A stretch of DNA of 64,000 nucleotides from NCBI GenBank assembly GCA_021738565.1, contig JAIPBT010000005.1, positions 21,508 through 85,507 of the forward strand, read 5' to 3'. Under the pieces are notes generated by a model. It searched no databases. It saw only the letters and a list, made by a program, of their open reading frames with translations, and had not been told where the DNA came from. Below, in pieces: positions 1-9,662 of this stretch. Both the position numbers and the translations under genes were made by a program. Source of the DNA: Bacteroidales bacterium (lineage in GTDB: Bacteria; Bacteroidota; Bacteroidia; Bacteroidales; GCA-2748055). How positions within the stretch are numbered: position 1 is the first letter of the stretch; each line of letters starts with the position of its first letter.

Positions 1-1985
1 TTGTAATTGGGACTGATCTGGTCAGAATAGGAATAATTCCCAATCTCCTGGTTGCCGTTTACGCCATAGGATGCCCTGATTTTCATCATGTTAATAGCAG
101 ATGAATTCTCAAGGAATGCCTCCCTGTCAAGCCTCCATCCTGCTGAGAATGAATAAAATGTCCCCCAGCGGTTGGCAGCACTGAAACGGGAGGATCCATC
201 TTCACGGATGATCACCGATGCAAGGTATTTATCCCTGAAATTATAGTTGGCCCTTCCAAACAGTGACACCAGGGCATAACCCTCTCTCGACTCAGTTGTA
301 ACCGTTGTTCCCTGACCGTTTCCCAGGTAAACCAGGTTATTGTCCTGGTCCGCGAAATCCTTTTGAGATGCAGCATTCTGGTAGAACGAGGCCTTGATCA
401 TTTCTGTACCCAGCATATAGGTGAAACTGTGATCGCGGAAACCTGTATTGTAAGTCATCACGTTACTCCACGACCAGTTCTGCAACTCACCATCGGTAAC
501 AGTCAGTGTGTTCGGATTATTGATCCTGTCGTTTGTGCCCCAGGTTTTATCAAACCTGCGTTGGTTGTAGTTCCCCCTGTTAAGTCCAAAGGTTGAAACC
601 AGCTGAAGTTGCTCTGTGAATGCAACAACCGCGTTCACATCACCAAACAACCTGTACTCCCTCCTGATGTTGTTCTGGTTCAGAGCCAGTCCGACCGGAT
701 TATACCCATCGCCCAGCAGACCCGGGTACTCGGGCATATCCACAAATTCTCCATCATCATCATAAACCGGTATCCCGGGGGTTCTGAAAAAAGCATACCT
801 GACAATGCTTCCGCCATTTCCCCCGTAGCCGTCGCCGCTGCTCCCGATACTCCTGTTTTCATCCTGGGAAATGTTCACATTGGCGCCAACTGTCAGCCAG
901 TCAAATGCCTTTGAAGAAATACTTATCTTCCCCGTGGTGCGTCCGTAATTGCTGTTCAGTATAATTCCCTCCTGGCCAAAGCGGCTGGCAGATAGCAGGT
1001 AGTTGGTTTTGTCGTTTCCCCCGCTGACCGACAGATTGTGATTCTGTATGATGGCCTTCCTGAAGATCTCTTCCAGGTAGTTTACATCGGGGAGTGTGGC
1101 TGCATAATCGGGGGTGATCAGGGGCCGTTTCAGGATATCGCTCGAAATAAATTCATTGTCGTTACGTGCCGCTTCATTGTAGATGCTGACGTAATCATCC
1201 CGGTTCACCATCTTCGTTAACCGTCCACGCTGCTGAATACCAACCTGGGTATTGAAATGCACTGCAGATTTTCCGCTTTCCCCCTTTTTTGTCGTAATCA
1301 GCACCACACCGTTGTTGGCCCTGGAACCATAGATGGCAGCCGAGGCCGCATCCTTCAATATACTCACGCTTTCAATGTCCGATACAGACAAATTGTCCAG
1401 TGCGTCAGTAGTTGGAACACCATCCACAATGTAAAGGGGCGAATTGCTGCTGTTGATTGAACCGACACCCCGGATCCGCACCGAGACCCCTTCGCCGGGT
1501 GCTCCTGTATTCTGGGTGATGTTCACACCTGCTGCCCTACCCTGGAGCGCCTGGTCGACACTGGAATATGGAATGGAGTTCATATCGGTGGTTTCGATAC
1601 TCGATACGGACCCGGTAACATCCACTTTCCTCTGCGTACCATAGCCGGTCACCACTACCTCCTCAAGCAACTCAGCATCTTCCTCCATGCGAATTTCGAA
1701 ATGTGTCTGGTCCCCCACTTCAACCTCTGTTGGTTTATACCCGATATAAGAGATGGACAAAACCGGATCGGAGACATTCCCCGGTATATTCAGTGAAAAC
1801 TCCCCTGTATAGGAAGTAATGGTCCCTGTGGAGGTTCCCTTGAGTACGATGTTTACTCCGATCAGCTCAGTGCCTGACATGTCGGTTACTTTTCCTGTAA
1901 TGACCCGATCCTGGGCAATACTTACTGCCTGCAGGCTGAACAGCCCGGTGATCACCAGGACCATGAATCGTATTCTTAGTGTCAT
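1..1985 (-). CDS. SusC/RagA-type TonB-dependent outer-membrane receptor, N-terminal ~660 codons (3' end lies beyond the window start)
   Basis: Absent from the ORF track because the frame is open at the window edge. My minus-strand translation from the ATG at 1985-1983 gives MTLRIRFMVLVITGLFSLQAVSIAQDRVITGKVTD...ISYIGYKPTEVEV...EEVVVTGYGTQRKVDVTGSVSSI...VSILKDAASAAIYGSRANNGVVLITTKKG. That is a signal peptide, a carboxypeptidase-regulatory-like domain and a plug. I read about 230 codons without a stop. Only short competing ORFs are listed for 1-2000. Confidence 0.8.
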   Translation of the reverse strand, partial: MTLRIRFMVLVITGLFSLQAVSIAQDRVITGKVTDMSGTELIGVNIVLKGTSTGTITSYTGEFSLNIPGNVSDPVLSISYIGYKPTEVEVGDQTHFEIRMEEDAELLEEVVVTGYGTQRKVDVTGSVSSIETTDMNSIPYSSVDQALQGRAAGVNITQNTGAPGEGVSVRIRGVGSINSSNSPLYIVDGVPTTDALDNLSVSDIESVSILKDAASAAIYGSRANNGVVLITTKKGESGKSAVHFNTQVGIQQRGRLTKMVNRDDYVSIYNEAARNDNEFISSDILKRPLITPDYAATLPDVNYLEEIFRKAIIQNHNLSVSGGNDKTNYLLSASRFGQEGIILNSNYGRTTGKISISSKAFDWLTVGANVNISQDENRSIGSSGDGYGGNGGSIVRYAFFRTPGIPVYDDDGEFVDMPEYPGLLGDGYNPVGLALNQNNIRREYRLFGDVNAVVAFTEQLQLVSTFGLNRGNYNQRRFDKTWGTNDRINNPNTLTVTDGELQNWSWSNVMTYNTGFRDHSFTYMLGTEMIKASFYQNAASQKDFADQDNNLVYLGNGQGTTVTTESREGYALVSLFGRANYNFRDKYLASVIIREDGSSRFSAANRWGTFYSFSAGWRLDREAFLENSSAINMMKIRASYGVNGNQEIGNYSYSDQISPNY

Positions 1986-2033
1986 ATGGGTACTATTAAT
2001 GGTTATGTTATTCAATCTGTGCATGCTGAAATT

Positions 2034-3752
2034 TTACCTGTAAGCGATTACAATTCCGTTTACCATTGTTTTATTTCCGGCTTTTTCCGTTAGGCTACCT
2101 GAGGGAATGGCAACAATCAGCATCGCCTCACCGGCGGGAAGCACAAAACTTCCCGATCCGGCAAGATATTCTGATACAGTTTTATGGCCGATTGCATCAT
2201 AGAGATCAACCGGGTCTGGACCGCTGAAAAATTCAATCTTCTTGTCCTCCCCGTATGGGTTGTAGTACAAATAGGTCGGGTATGCCGGTCCGCTGTAAAA
2301 ATCCGTTGCAAGGCAATTGAGTTGAAGGACCTGTTCCACGTTTGTTTCCCTGATAATGGAGCCGAAGATGCCGGCATGGGCCGATCCATAGATGCTGAAC
2401 ATTGAAATGGGAGGCTGGCCCACCACCCAGTTTGGTCCATCTCCCAGTGCCACAGGCGAAACGCCCCTTAGTTCCGGTTTGTCATAAACATCCGTTTTCT
2501 TAAGCCCTTCATAAGCGATCACATTCCTGGTAACCGCCTTCTTCTCCGGCAACCACTGGTTTTTATCAGGGATCTCGTAAGGATAAAAAAGCCTGGCTGT
2601 ATTGGCTGCATTCAGCATCCATTTGCCGATGGCTTTTGCATAGGCAGGTTCATAGCGGACCATGGGAACCAGGGGCCATGCCAGGTCAAAAGTGTTCATC
2701 AGAAATCCGTATCCCCCTTCCTGGATGATATTACCCACCATGCCGCTGACATCATATTCTCCCCAGCGATCATTGATCACTCCCCAGCCGTTACGACCAT
2801 CCTCTGAGGTACAACCCTCAAAGGTCCAGTTAATTATTTTCCCGACATCATACTGATCTCCCTGCTCCGCGTTCAGCCTGGCCGCGGTATAGGCACCGAA
2901 GGGCATAAGTATTTCATAGAACCTGCTTTCTTCGAGTTCCGTAAGTGCATCCAGCGCCGACCTCGCACCGGCCAGGTATCTCGGATCGCCATAACTCATG
3001 TAAGCACTGTATAATACCCATGCATGGCCCGCAGCAGCATCCTGCTGATGTGGAATTTCACTGACCTTTCCCTCCATCGTGCTGTAGTCAAAGTAGGTGT
3101 AATTGTAATTGCCGTTCAGCACAGAATCGGCGTTAAAAAACTGCTCTGCTATGATGTGCCGGAGACTGTCGGCCCGGTCTACACCGGGGAACAGGTCACA
3201 GACCGCATAGTACAGTACATTTGGAAATACATCATACCACCAGTCCCTTCCATACCCGCCACCCAACAAGGCCACTTCTTCGCAGGTATTATTCATCATT
3301 ATGTTCCAGCCGTTATCCCTGTTGAAATAATTCTGAACCATCTTCACATAATTGACTCCGTGCTGATCCCTCTTATCAATTCCGACCAATCCTGCACTCA
3401 TCAATGCTCCAAGCGTGTTTATCGCCTCATGAAATTCGCCGTTGTTTACATCCGGCCCCTGCCTTACATCGTCGATTACAGTGTAGATACCAAAGGTCCT
3501 CTGATCGAAATTTCTTTTCGCATCATCAAACCAGATCAGTGAAGATCCCTCTGTGACGTGCGTCTGACTGAATACTATATCATCAAAATTGTTTGCTTTC
3601 TCCTTCCAGTCAATCATATGGTAGGGTAACGGATGTTCAGGCATCTGCTCCACCTTTTCAGGCATCTCCTGTACAATGGTATCCGAATGATTCCTGCAGG
3701 AAGCAACGACTACAAACAGGAGGATGATGCTGATATTCCGGTACTTTTTCAT
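2034..3752 (-). CDS. Lipoprotein, uncharacterised glycoside-hydrolase-like protein; paralog of the N-terminal half of 6524..9631
   Basis: 572-aa ORF. MKKYRNISIILLFVVVASC is a lipoprotein signal. It aligns by eye with the 1035-aa ORF: MPEHPLPYHMIDWKEKA/MPEMPQPYEMRDWQEVA, GRDWWYDVFPNVLYY/GHDWWYETMPNIFFY, VRYEPAYAKAIGKWMLNAANTARLFY/VRYDERYADAIGKWILNLANNSRLFY. I do not recognise a named family. Confidence 0.8.
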   Translation of the reverse strand: MKKYRNISIILLFVVVASCRNHSDTIVQEMPEKVEQMPEHPLPYHMIDWKEKANNFDDIVFSQTHVTEGSSLIWFDDAKRNFDQRTFGIYTVIDDVRQGPDVNNGEFHEAINTLGALMSAGLVGIDKRDQHGVNYVKMVQNYFNRDNGWNIMMNNTCEEVALLGGGYGRDWWYDVFPNVLYYAVCDLFPGVDRADSLRHIIAEQFFNADSVLNGNYNYTYFDYSTMEGKVSEIPHQQDAAAGHAWVLYSAYMSYGDPRYLAGARSALDALTELEESRFYEILMPFGAYTAARLNAEQGDQYDVGKIINWTFEGCTSEDGRNGWGVINDRWGEYDVSGMVGNIIQEGGYGFLMNTFDLAWPLVPMVRYEPAYAKAIGKWMLNAANTARLFYPYEIPDKNQWLPEKKAVTRNVIAYEGLKKTDVYDKPELRGVSPVALGDGPNWVVGQPPISMFSIYGSAHAGIFGSIIRETNVEQVLQLNCLATDFYSGPAYPTYLYYNPYGEDKKIEFFSGPDPVDLYDAIGHKTVSEYLAGSGSFVLPAGEAMLIVAIPSGSLTEKAGNKTMVNGIVIAYR

Positions 3753-3758
3753 ATTCTT

Positions 3759-5054
3759 TCAGGCAATTAGTTTTTGGTTCTTTTCAATTTTCTTTTCAGA
3801 AGGCTTATAGCTGTTGGTTTTCCTGATCAATCCCTTTGCTACGGGAATGGACAAAAGTTGTACGGCCGCAATGATGATTAGTGAATATTTAAGTGCAAAT
3901 GGCTCGGAGACATAATAGATCAGCAGGATAAAAAGACCCAGTCCGGTAAATCTTCCGATATACAATCCGAATTCATGATTGAAGATATATGAAAACTGGT
4001 TCCTCTTCTCCCTGGAAGACAAGACATCGATCACATCCATCTGGATGGGGAAATAGGCAATATCATGCAGTGGCTGAAACATAACTTTGCAAATCATAAA
4101 TACGATCACCCCGGTGGCCGAAAAAAGGATGCCGTTAAAGAGGGTCCCGATAAAAAAGATAACCAGTCCGGCCGAGAAGATATAGATCCGGTCCTTTGGC
4201 TTCGATACCCTGCCGATGACGTACAAAACGATTGCTGCTACAACTCCTGAAATACTCTGGATGGTCCCGAGCGTCCCTTCATCACCCACCAGCCGCATAA
4301 TCAGAATGGCAGGAGCTGTAACCAGGTATCCCTGTGCCAGTCCTTTCAGCGAAGAGAGCAGGAGCATACGTGACCAGAGCTTGTCGAAACGAAAGTATAC
4401 AAAACGTTTTTGCGTCGGGTTCTTGAATTTCTCCTGGTGAATGATGATGCTCGAAAGGATGGTCAGCAGGAACACTGCCCCGGTCACAATCTTGTAAGCA
4501 TTGTTGATGTTGTTGATCAGGGTGGATTGTGTTGACCTGATCAGGAACCAGCCAATGAAAAAAGGCACAATGATCATTGTGATGGTGTAAAAGAAGGTCT
4601 CCAGTCCGTAATAATAATTCCTGTTATTGTCATTGGTTGTGTTCAGTGCCAGGAAGTCACGGTTTGCCCAGAAAAAGCCAAATGATGATCCCATAATCAG
4701 CCCTGCCAGCGCCACCCCCACCGGACTCATCACTTTGATGGTCATCATGAAGACCATGGACAATCCGCTGAGAAGCATTCCAAAGCTATAGAGATGAGCG
4801 ATTTTGATATAGTTGAGCAGGTAACCATTGATCAGGAAGGTGATGGGTATTCCTGTATATACCGTTAGCTGGTAAATTGCCACCAGCCGGGGTTCATTGG
4901 AACTTCGCATGATATAGGCCCCCACAAACAGGTCAATAACCGGTAAGACCAATGCATAGATGATGTTGGTAATCAGGAGTGTTCGCATATCCCGCGGCAT
5001 GCTCAAAAAGAAATCGTATTCCCTTCTTAACTTCCCCGGAGATATCGCACTCAT
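3759..5054 (-). CDS. MFS-type sugar transporter
   Basis: 431 aa, hydrophobic throughout with about 12 membrane-spanning stretches. The start overlaps the GH130 stop (ATGA at 5054-5051), which implies co-translation with the phosphorylase. Confidence 0.7.
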   Translation of the reverse strand: MSAISPGKLRREYDFFLSMPRDMRTLLITNIIYALVLPVIDLFVGAYIMRSSNEPRLVAIYQLTVYTGIPITFLINGYLLNYIKIAHLYSFGMLLSGLSMVFMMTIKVMSPVGVALAGLIMGSSFGFFWANRDFLALNTTNDNNRNYYYGLETFFYTITMIIVPFFIGWFLIRSTQSTLINNINNAYKIVTGAVFLLTILSSIIIHQEKFKNPTQKRFVYFRFDKLWSRMLLLSSLKGLAQGYLVTAPAILIMRLVGDEGTLGTIQSISGVVAAIVLYVIGRVSKPKDRIYIFSAGLVIFFIGTLFNGILFSATGVIVFMICKVMFQPLHDIAYFPIQMDVIDVLSSREKRNQFSYIFNHEFGLYIGRFTGLGLFILLIYYVSEPFALKYSLIIIAAVQLLSIPVAKGLIRKTNSYKPSEKKIEKNQKLIA

Positions 5055-6178
5055 AATTCGTGTTTTAGAGATTTCAGAATCTCCTTTAAAGAGAATTCTG
5101 CCATGCAGATCACTTCATCACTCGCTCCGTAATAGATGGTAAGTTTGTCGCCATTTACAACATGTCCATTGGTAAAAATCACGTTCCCGAAAAAGCCTGT
5201 GAGCTCATATTCAGCAGTGGGTTCCATAATGGGATCACTGCTTCGGGCAATGAGCTTTGACGGATCCCTGGTATCGAGTAACAGTGCCCCAAGACAGTAA
5301 CGGTTCTTATGATCGGCGCCGTGGTAGATCTCCAGCCAGCCATCCGGGGTGCTGATGGGTGCCGCACCTGCACCGATTCTGGCACTGTCCCACCAGTTTT
5401 CCCGCGTAGTAGCCACACAACGGTGGTTCCCCCAGTGAAGCAGGTCGGGCGATTCGGCCAGCCAGATGTAATTGCCTCCAATTTCAGGACTGCTGGGTCT
5501 GTGAAGCGCATGATACACATCGCTTGTCTTCCGGTCGAAAATCGCACAATCCTTATTGTGCGGCGGAAATATCATTCCGCGATGTTCATAATGTTTCCAG
5601 TCAGTGGTGAAGAGGTACCCGACACCTACTCCTTCAGGGGCCACTTTAGTATAGGTAAGGTGGTAGCCATCTTCCATGGTGGTCACCCTGCAGTCCTCGA
5701 TTCCGAAAGTCTCCTGGGGGCCCGTGCCCATAATGGGAGCATAACCCTCCGGCTCATGAAAAGTCACACCGTCATCACTGCATACCAGCCTGAGGTGGGA
5801 AAGTGTTGTCAGGAAGTGTTTCCCTTTGTATTTTATTACCCGCGGATCCGCATCATCCAGCTCCGGATCGTCTTTCATAAAGCTGAGAATCTCCGGTTTG
5901 CCGTCGCGCAGAACAGGAAAACTAACCTGTCCCTCTTTCTGTACGGGTCGTTCCGCTACCCTGAGCAACAGCCACAACTTATCCTCAAACATAAATACCC
6001 CGGGGTTCAACAGGCATTCAATCTGCATCCCCTCCATGCTGGGTTTTATATCAGACGGACGCACCACCGGGTTATTTATATATCGCTTTGCAAGCATCGT
6101 TATTGCATCATTATATGAATGACTAAGTTCGTGAATCGTTGTGGATTTGGGTTCTATCCTGTTCCCTGTTTTGTACAC
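5051..6178 (-). CDS. GH130 family beta-mannoside phosphorylase/glycosidase, no signal peptide (cytoplasmic)
   Basis: 375 aa. GH130-like blocks: LLNPGVFMFEDKLWLLLRV, GIEDCRVT, RIGAGAAPISTPDGWLEIYHGAD, YCLGALLLD, GNVIFTNGHVVNGDKLTIYYGASDEVICMAEF. Confidence 0.8.
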   Translation of the reverse strand: MYKTGNRIEPKSTTIHELSHSYNDAITMLAKRYINNPVVRPSDIKPSMEGMQIECLLNPGVFMFEDKLWLLLRVAERPVQKEGQVSFPVLRDGKPEILSFMKDDPELDDADPRVIKYKGKHFLTTLSHLRLVCSDDGVTFHEPEGYAPIMGTGPQETFGIEDCRVTTMEDGYHLTYTKVAPEGVGVGYLFTTDWKHYEHRGMIFPPHNKDCAIFDRKTSDVYHALHRPSSPEIGGNYIWLAESPDLLHWGNHRCVATTRENWWDSARIGAGAAPISTPDGWLEIYHGADHKNRYCLGALLLDTRDPSKLIARSSDPIMEPTAEYELTGFFGNVIFTNGHVVNGDKLTIYYGASDEVICMAEFSLKEILKSLKHEL

Positions 6179-6339
6179 CCTGTTGCCAAAATGTAAATTG
6201 ATAAAGCCCAGGGCATACCTCCAGGCTACTTTTTGTATATAACTGTATATATGGGTGTTATGTATTGTGAATGTTCGTTATATTCATCCAAAAGGGGCTT
6301 CCCGTTGAAGTGCACACCCAATTCTGACCACTAAAAACC

Positions 6340-6372
6340 TGCAAATTGTGTTGTAAATTGCAGTTGCAAACC
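6340..6372. promoter_or_regulatory. Candidate operator: tandem TGYAAATTG repeats in the divergent promoter region
   Basis: tgcaaattgtgttgtaaattgcagttgcaaacc lies between the GH130 operon (minus) and the 6524 gene (plus). The repeat units are TGCAAATTG, TGTAAATTGCA and TTGCAAAC. Confidence 0.2.
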
Positions 6373-6523
6373 GGACAATGATCCGCCGATTGGAGGAACA
6401 CACACGCTTATGATTATTTCACTTCTGGAATCAGGCGTTCTGGATAATCTGGCAGAACTAGCTCTCCCGATATTCTTCGGGGCAAGCTATCTGTCCAATA
6501 AAAATTAATAAACACATTTTCGA

Positions 6524-9500
6524 ATGAGAAGATTATTCATATTTGTATCCCTTATCAGTTCCACGATGCTGTTCTCGCAACAGATCACAGTCCCACGCAT
6601 TGAAACGATGCCGGAAATGCCGCAACCCTACGAAATGAGGGACTGGCAGGAAGTGGCCCGGAAATACGATTCACTTGTGTACGATCGTACGCTTTCAGGA
6701 ACATATCTCCCCTTGGTAACGGTCAATGACCAGTCGGAGAATGATCCGGAACAGGAAAGTTTTGTCCTGCAAACCTATGTTGGAAGTTTCTCTCCTACCT
6801 CTGGAGAGGCTATCAACATGATGCCGTCAGTAATAGGCGCCACCCTCTGCGGCATAGATAAAAGCAACCAATTTGGGAAAAATTGGGCAGCCATGTGTGA
6901 GAATTTTTTCAATACATCCAATGGCGAGAATGTATACCTGAACAATCCCCTGGGAGAGAGCGGCCATGACTGGTGGTATGAGACCATGCCCAATATATTT
7001 TTCTACCAGTTAAGGGCATTGTATCCCGGTATGGGCGACTTCGAAACCCAATTCAAAACAGTGGCTGACCGCTGGTATGAAGCGGTGAGGGTAATGGGAG
7101 GTAACAATGCCCCATGGAATATTCCGGAAATGACCTACCGGGCCTGGAACCTCCTGCAGATGGAACCGCTCACTGAGGGGGTCAAAGAGCCTGAAGCAGC
7201 AGGAGCGCTGGCCTGGATCTTCCATGCAGCATACCGTGAAACGGAAGACCCTAAATACCTTGAGGCTGCCGAGTGGTGCATGGAGTTCCTCAACGGTCTG
7301 GATACCAATCCCTCCTATGAACTGCAACTGGCTTACGGTACCGTAACAGCAGCCAAAATGAATGCCGGACTGGGTACGGGTTACAACCTGGAAAAGATGG
7401 TCAACTGGTGCTTTGATATTGGTCCTTTAAGAAACTGGGGCGCCATTACCGGCACCTGGGGAGGACTCGATTGTCATGGGCTCATTGGCGAGCAGGCCCC
7501 AGGCGGAACCGGATATGCCTTTACGATGAATGGCTTTCAGCAGGCAGCTGCCCTGGCACCTTTGGTACGCTATGACGAACGGTATGCCGATGCCATCGGG
7601 AAATGGATACTGAACCTGGCCAACAACTCCAGGCTATTCTACCACGGTTATCTTCCAACGGAAAACCAGGATGAAAACAGCTGGAGCACAAGCAACGACC
7701 CTGCCTCGGTTATTGCCTATGAAGCGCTGAAAGAATCGCTGAACGGCCAACAACCCTATGCCACGGGTGATGCAGTGGATGGTGGCTGGGCAGCAACAAA
7801 CCTGGCCCTGTACGGCTCCTCGCATGTGGGAATGCTGGGCGGGATCATTCAAAAAACAGCGGTGGATGGAATACTCCGGATCGATCTCCTGAAATCTGAT
7901 TTCTACCGGGATTCCGCCTTTTCTACTTACCTGTTTTACAATCCATACCCGACAGAACAGCTGGTGGAAACAGATCCGGGTAACAACCTGTATGACCTGT
8001 ATGAAAGCATCTCCAATCAGCTGATTGCAACAGGCAGAACAGGTGCCACAACCATCCATGTACCGCCTGAATCTTCTGTCGTGGTAGTCATCCTGCCGGG
8101 TGAATCGACGATCACTACCCGTTACGCGCATACACTGGCAAACGGGGTGATAATCGATTACAGGAACGACATGGAAATACTGAACCATCCTCCAAGGATC
8201 AAATCACTGGCAGCGGCGGATACCCTGGTACTTACAAACAGCGATGTAACGGTCTACTGCACAGCAGATGATCCTGACGGGGACCCGTTGCAATACAAAT
8301 GGTCAGCCGGGAATGGTCAGTGGACTTCTGAGAACACCTTTTCATGGCCCGTTCCGGAGACACCGGGCAATTACCTGGTCAGTTGCATTGTGAAGGATGC
8401 CGGAGAACTGACAGACACCATGTACCTGGATTTACAGGCTGTGGAAAGGATTACCGCCTGGCCGGCGATCGTAAAGATTGCCGCGGAAAACAGGAAACTG
8501 CATCCGGGCAGCAGCGTGGATCTTTGGTGTGAGGCGTCGGATATAAATGATGATCCTTTGCAATACAGGTGGACGGCGAACCAGGGAGCTTTCCAGGGTG
8601 AAGGAGCAGCAGTCTCCTGGAATGCCCCGGACCAGGAAGGGATCTTCACCATCTGGTGCGAAGTCACCAACCTGGATGACCTGTCAGATCTTGATTCCCT
8701 GACAATACTGGTTAAGGATTCCGCCCGGACACAGGAAGGAACGCTGGTGGCTGGTTTTTACCTGGATGGAAACGGAAAGGATTTCAGCGCCTACCATAAC
8801 GACGGAATCCCATACAATATTACATGGGTCCCCAACCATGCGGGCAGCGCCGGTAAAGCTGCAGCACTGAATGGATCATCCTCGAGAATTGTTGTTCCCG
8901 ACACCGATTACCTGAATTTTAATGAGGGTCTCTCGCTCCTTTGCCGTATAAAGCCTGAACAGGACGGTGCTTCGGAACAATTTATCGTATCGCACGGAAG
9001 CTGGCAAAATCGTTGGAAACTGTCACTTATCTCCAACAACAAGCTGCGTTTTACAATCAACGGATCAGCCGGAATCACCGATCTTGATTCAGAAACATTG
9101 CTGCAAACTGATCAATGGGTTCACATTGCCGCAACTTACGACGGGTTGCATATGGAATTGTATATCGACGGTGAACTGGATAGTTTTAAACCATGGAACG
9201 GAACCATCAACAAGGCAAACCATGACCTGCTGTTCGGACAGATGCTTCCGGAAAATGCCTCCTATAATTTCAAGGGATGCATTGATGATGCAAGGATCTA
9301 TAATTACGGGGTGAAAAGTTATCTGATCGACCTGGACCTTTCAGGAGCATTGGGGACAGATGAAAATGGTGCGGAAAAAGCTACATTTTTGATCCGCCCC
9401 AACCCGGCAAATGCATCAGATGAAATCACATTGACTGCTCCAGGTATTTTTCCGGGGCACATATGGATTTCAACGATGTCCGGCAGAATCGTATGGAGCG

Positions 9501-9631
9501 CTGATTACAAATCTGATACCCATTACAGTGATGCTGTAAATATCCCGGCTTCCCTGCTGAAAAACGGAATATATTTGATTTCCCTGCGAGAGAATGGAAA
9601 AACATACACCCAGAAACTGATGATTTTGTAA
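6524..9631 (+). CDS. Secreted multidomain protein: uncharacterised GH-like domain + 2 PKD/Ig-like repeats + LamG/concanavalin-like domain + T9SS C-terminal sorting domain
   Basis: 1035 aa with a signal peptide (MRRLFIFVSLISSTMLFSQQ). The N-terminal ~550 aa are paralogous to 2034..3752. Two repeats: DPDGDPLQYKWSAGNGQW... and DINDDPLQYRWTANQGAF.... LamG-like block: WVHIAATYDGLHMELYIDGEL...FKGCIDDARIYNYG. The C-terminus (IRPNPANASDEITLT...GIYLISLRENGKTYTQKLMIL) resembles a Por/T9SS CTD. Confidence 0.8.
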   Translation: MRRLFIFVSLISSTMLFSQQITVPRIETMPEMPQPYEMRDWQEVARKYDSLVYDRTLSGTYLPLVTVNDQSENDPEQESFVLQTYVGSFSPTSGEAINMMPSVIGATLCGIDKSNQFGKNWAAMCENFFNTSNGENVYLNNPLGESGHDWWYETMPNIFFYQLRALYPGMGDFETQFKTVADRWYEAVRVMGGNNAPWNIPEMTYRAWNLLQMEPLTEGVKEPEAAGALAWIFHAAYRETEDPKYLEAAEWCMEFLNGLDTNPSYELQLAYGTVTAAKMNAGLGTGYNLEKMVNWCFDIGPLRNWGAITGTWGGLDCHGLIGEQAPGGTGYAFTMNGFQQAAALAPLVRYDERYADAIGKWILNLANNSRLFYHGYLPTENQDENSWSTSNDPASVIAYEALKESLNGQQPYATGDAVDGGWAATNLALYGSSHVGMLGGIIQKTAVDGILRIDLLKSDFYRDSAFSTYLFYNPYPTEQLVETDPGNNLYDLYESISNQLIATGRTGATTIHVPPESSVVVVILPGESTITTRYAHTLANGVIIDYRNDMEILNHPPRIKSLAAADTLVLTNSDVTVYCTADDPDGDPLQYKWSAGNGQWTSENTFSWPVPETPGNYLVSCIVKDAGELTDTMYLDLQAVERITAWPAIVKIAAENRKLHPGSSVDLWCEASDINDDPLQYRWTANQGAFQGEGAAVSWNAPDQEGIFTIWCEVTNLDDLSDLDSLTILVKDSARTQEGTLVAGFYLDGNGKDFSAYHNDGIPYNITWVPNHAGSAGKAAALNGSSSRIVVPDTDYLNFNEGLSLLCRIKPEQDGASEQFIVSHGSWQNRWKLSLISNNKLRFTINGSAGITDLDSETLLQTDQWVHIAATYDGLHMELYIDGELDSFKPWNGTINKANHDLLFGQMLPENASYNFKGCIDDARIYNYGVKSYLIDLDLSGALGTDENGAEKATFLIRPNPANASDEITLTAPGIFPGHIWISTMSGRIVWSADYKSDTHYSDAVNIPASLLKNGIYLISLRENGKTYTQKLMIL

Positions 9632-9662
9632 CTTTGTGAAATGCAATCATTAACAGGGAATC

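Noticed and set aside
5309-6118. 269-aa plus-strand ORF, with similar cases at 3024..3542, 7634..8188, 11988..12614, 15076..15495 and 21978..22412
   Set aside because: Each is embedded antisense in a longer ORF with strong family motifs (GH130, GH-like lipoprotein, T9SS protein, HTCS, GH-A, GH28-like). They are shadow ORFs.
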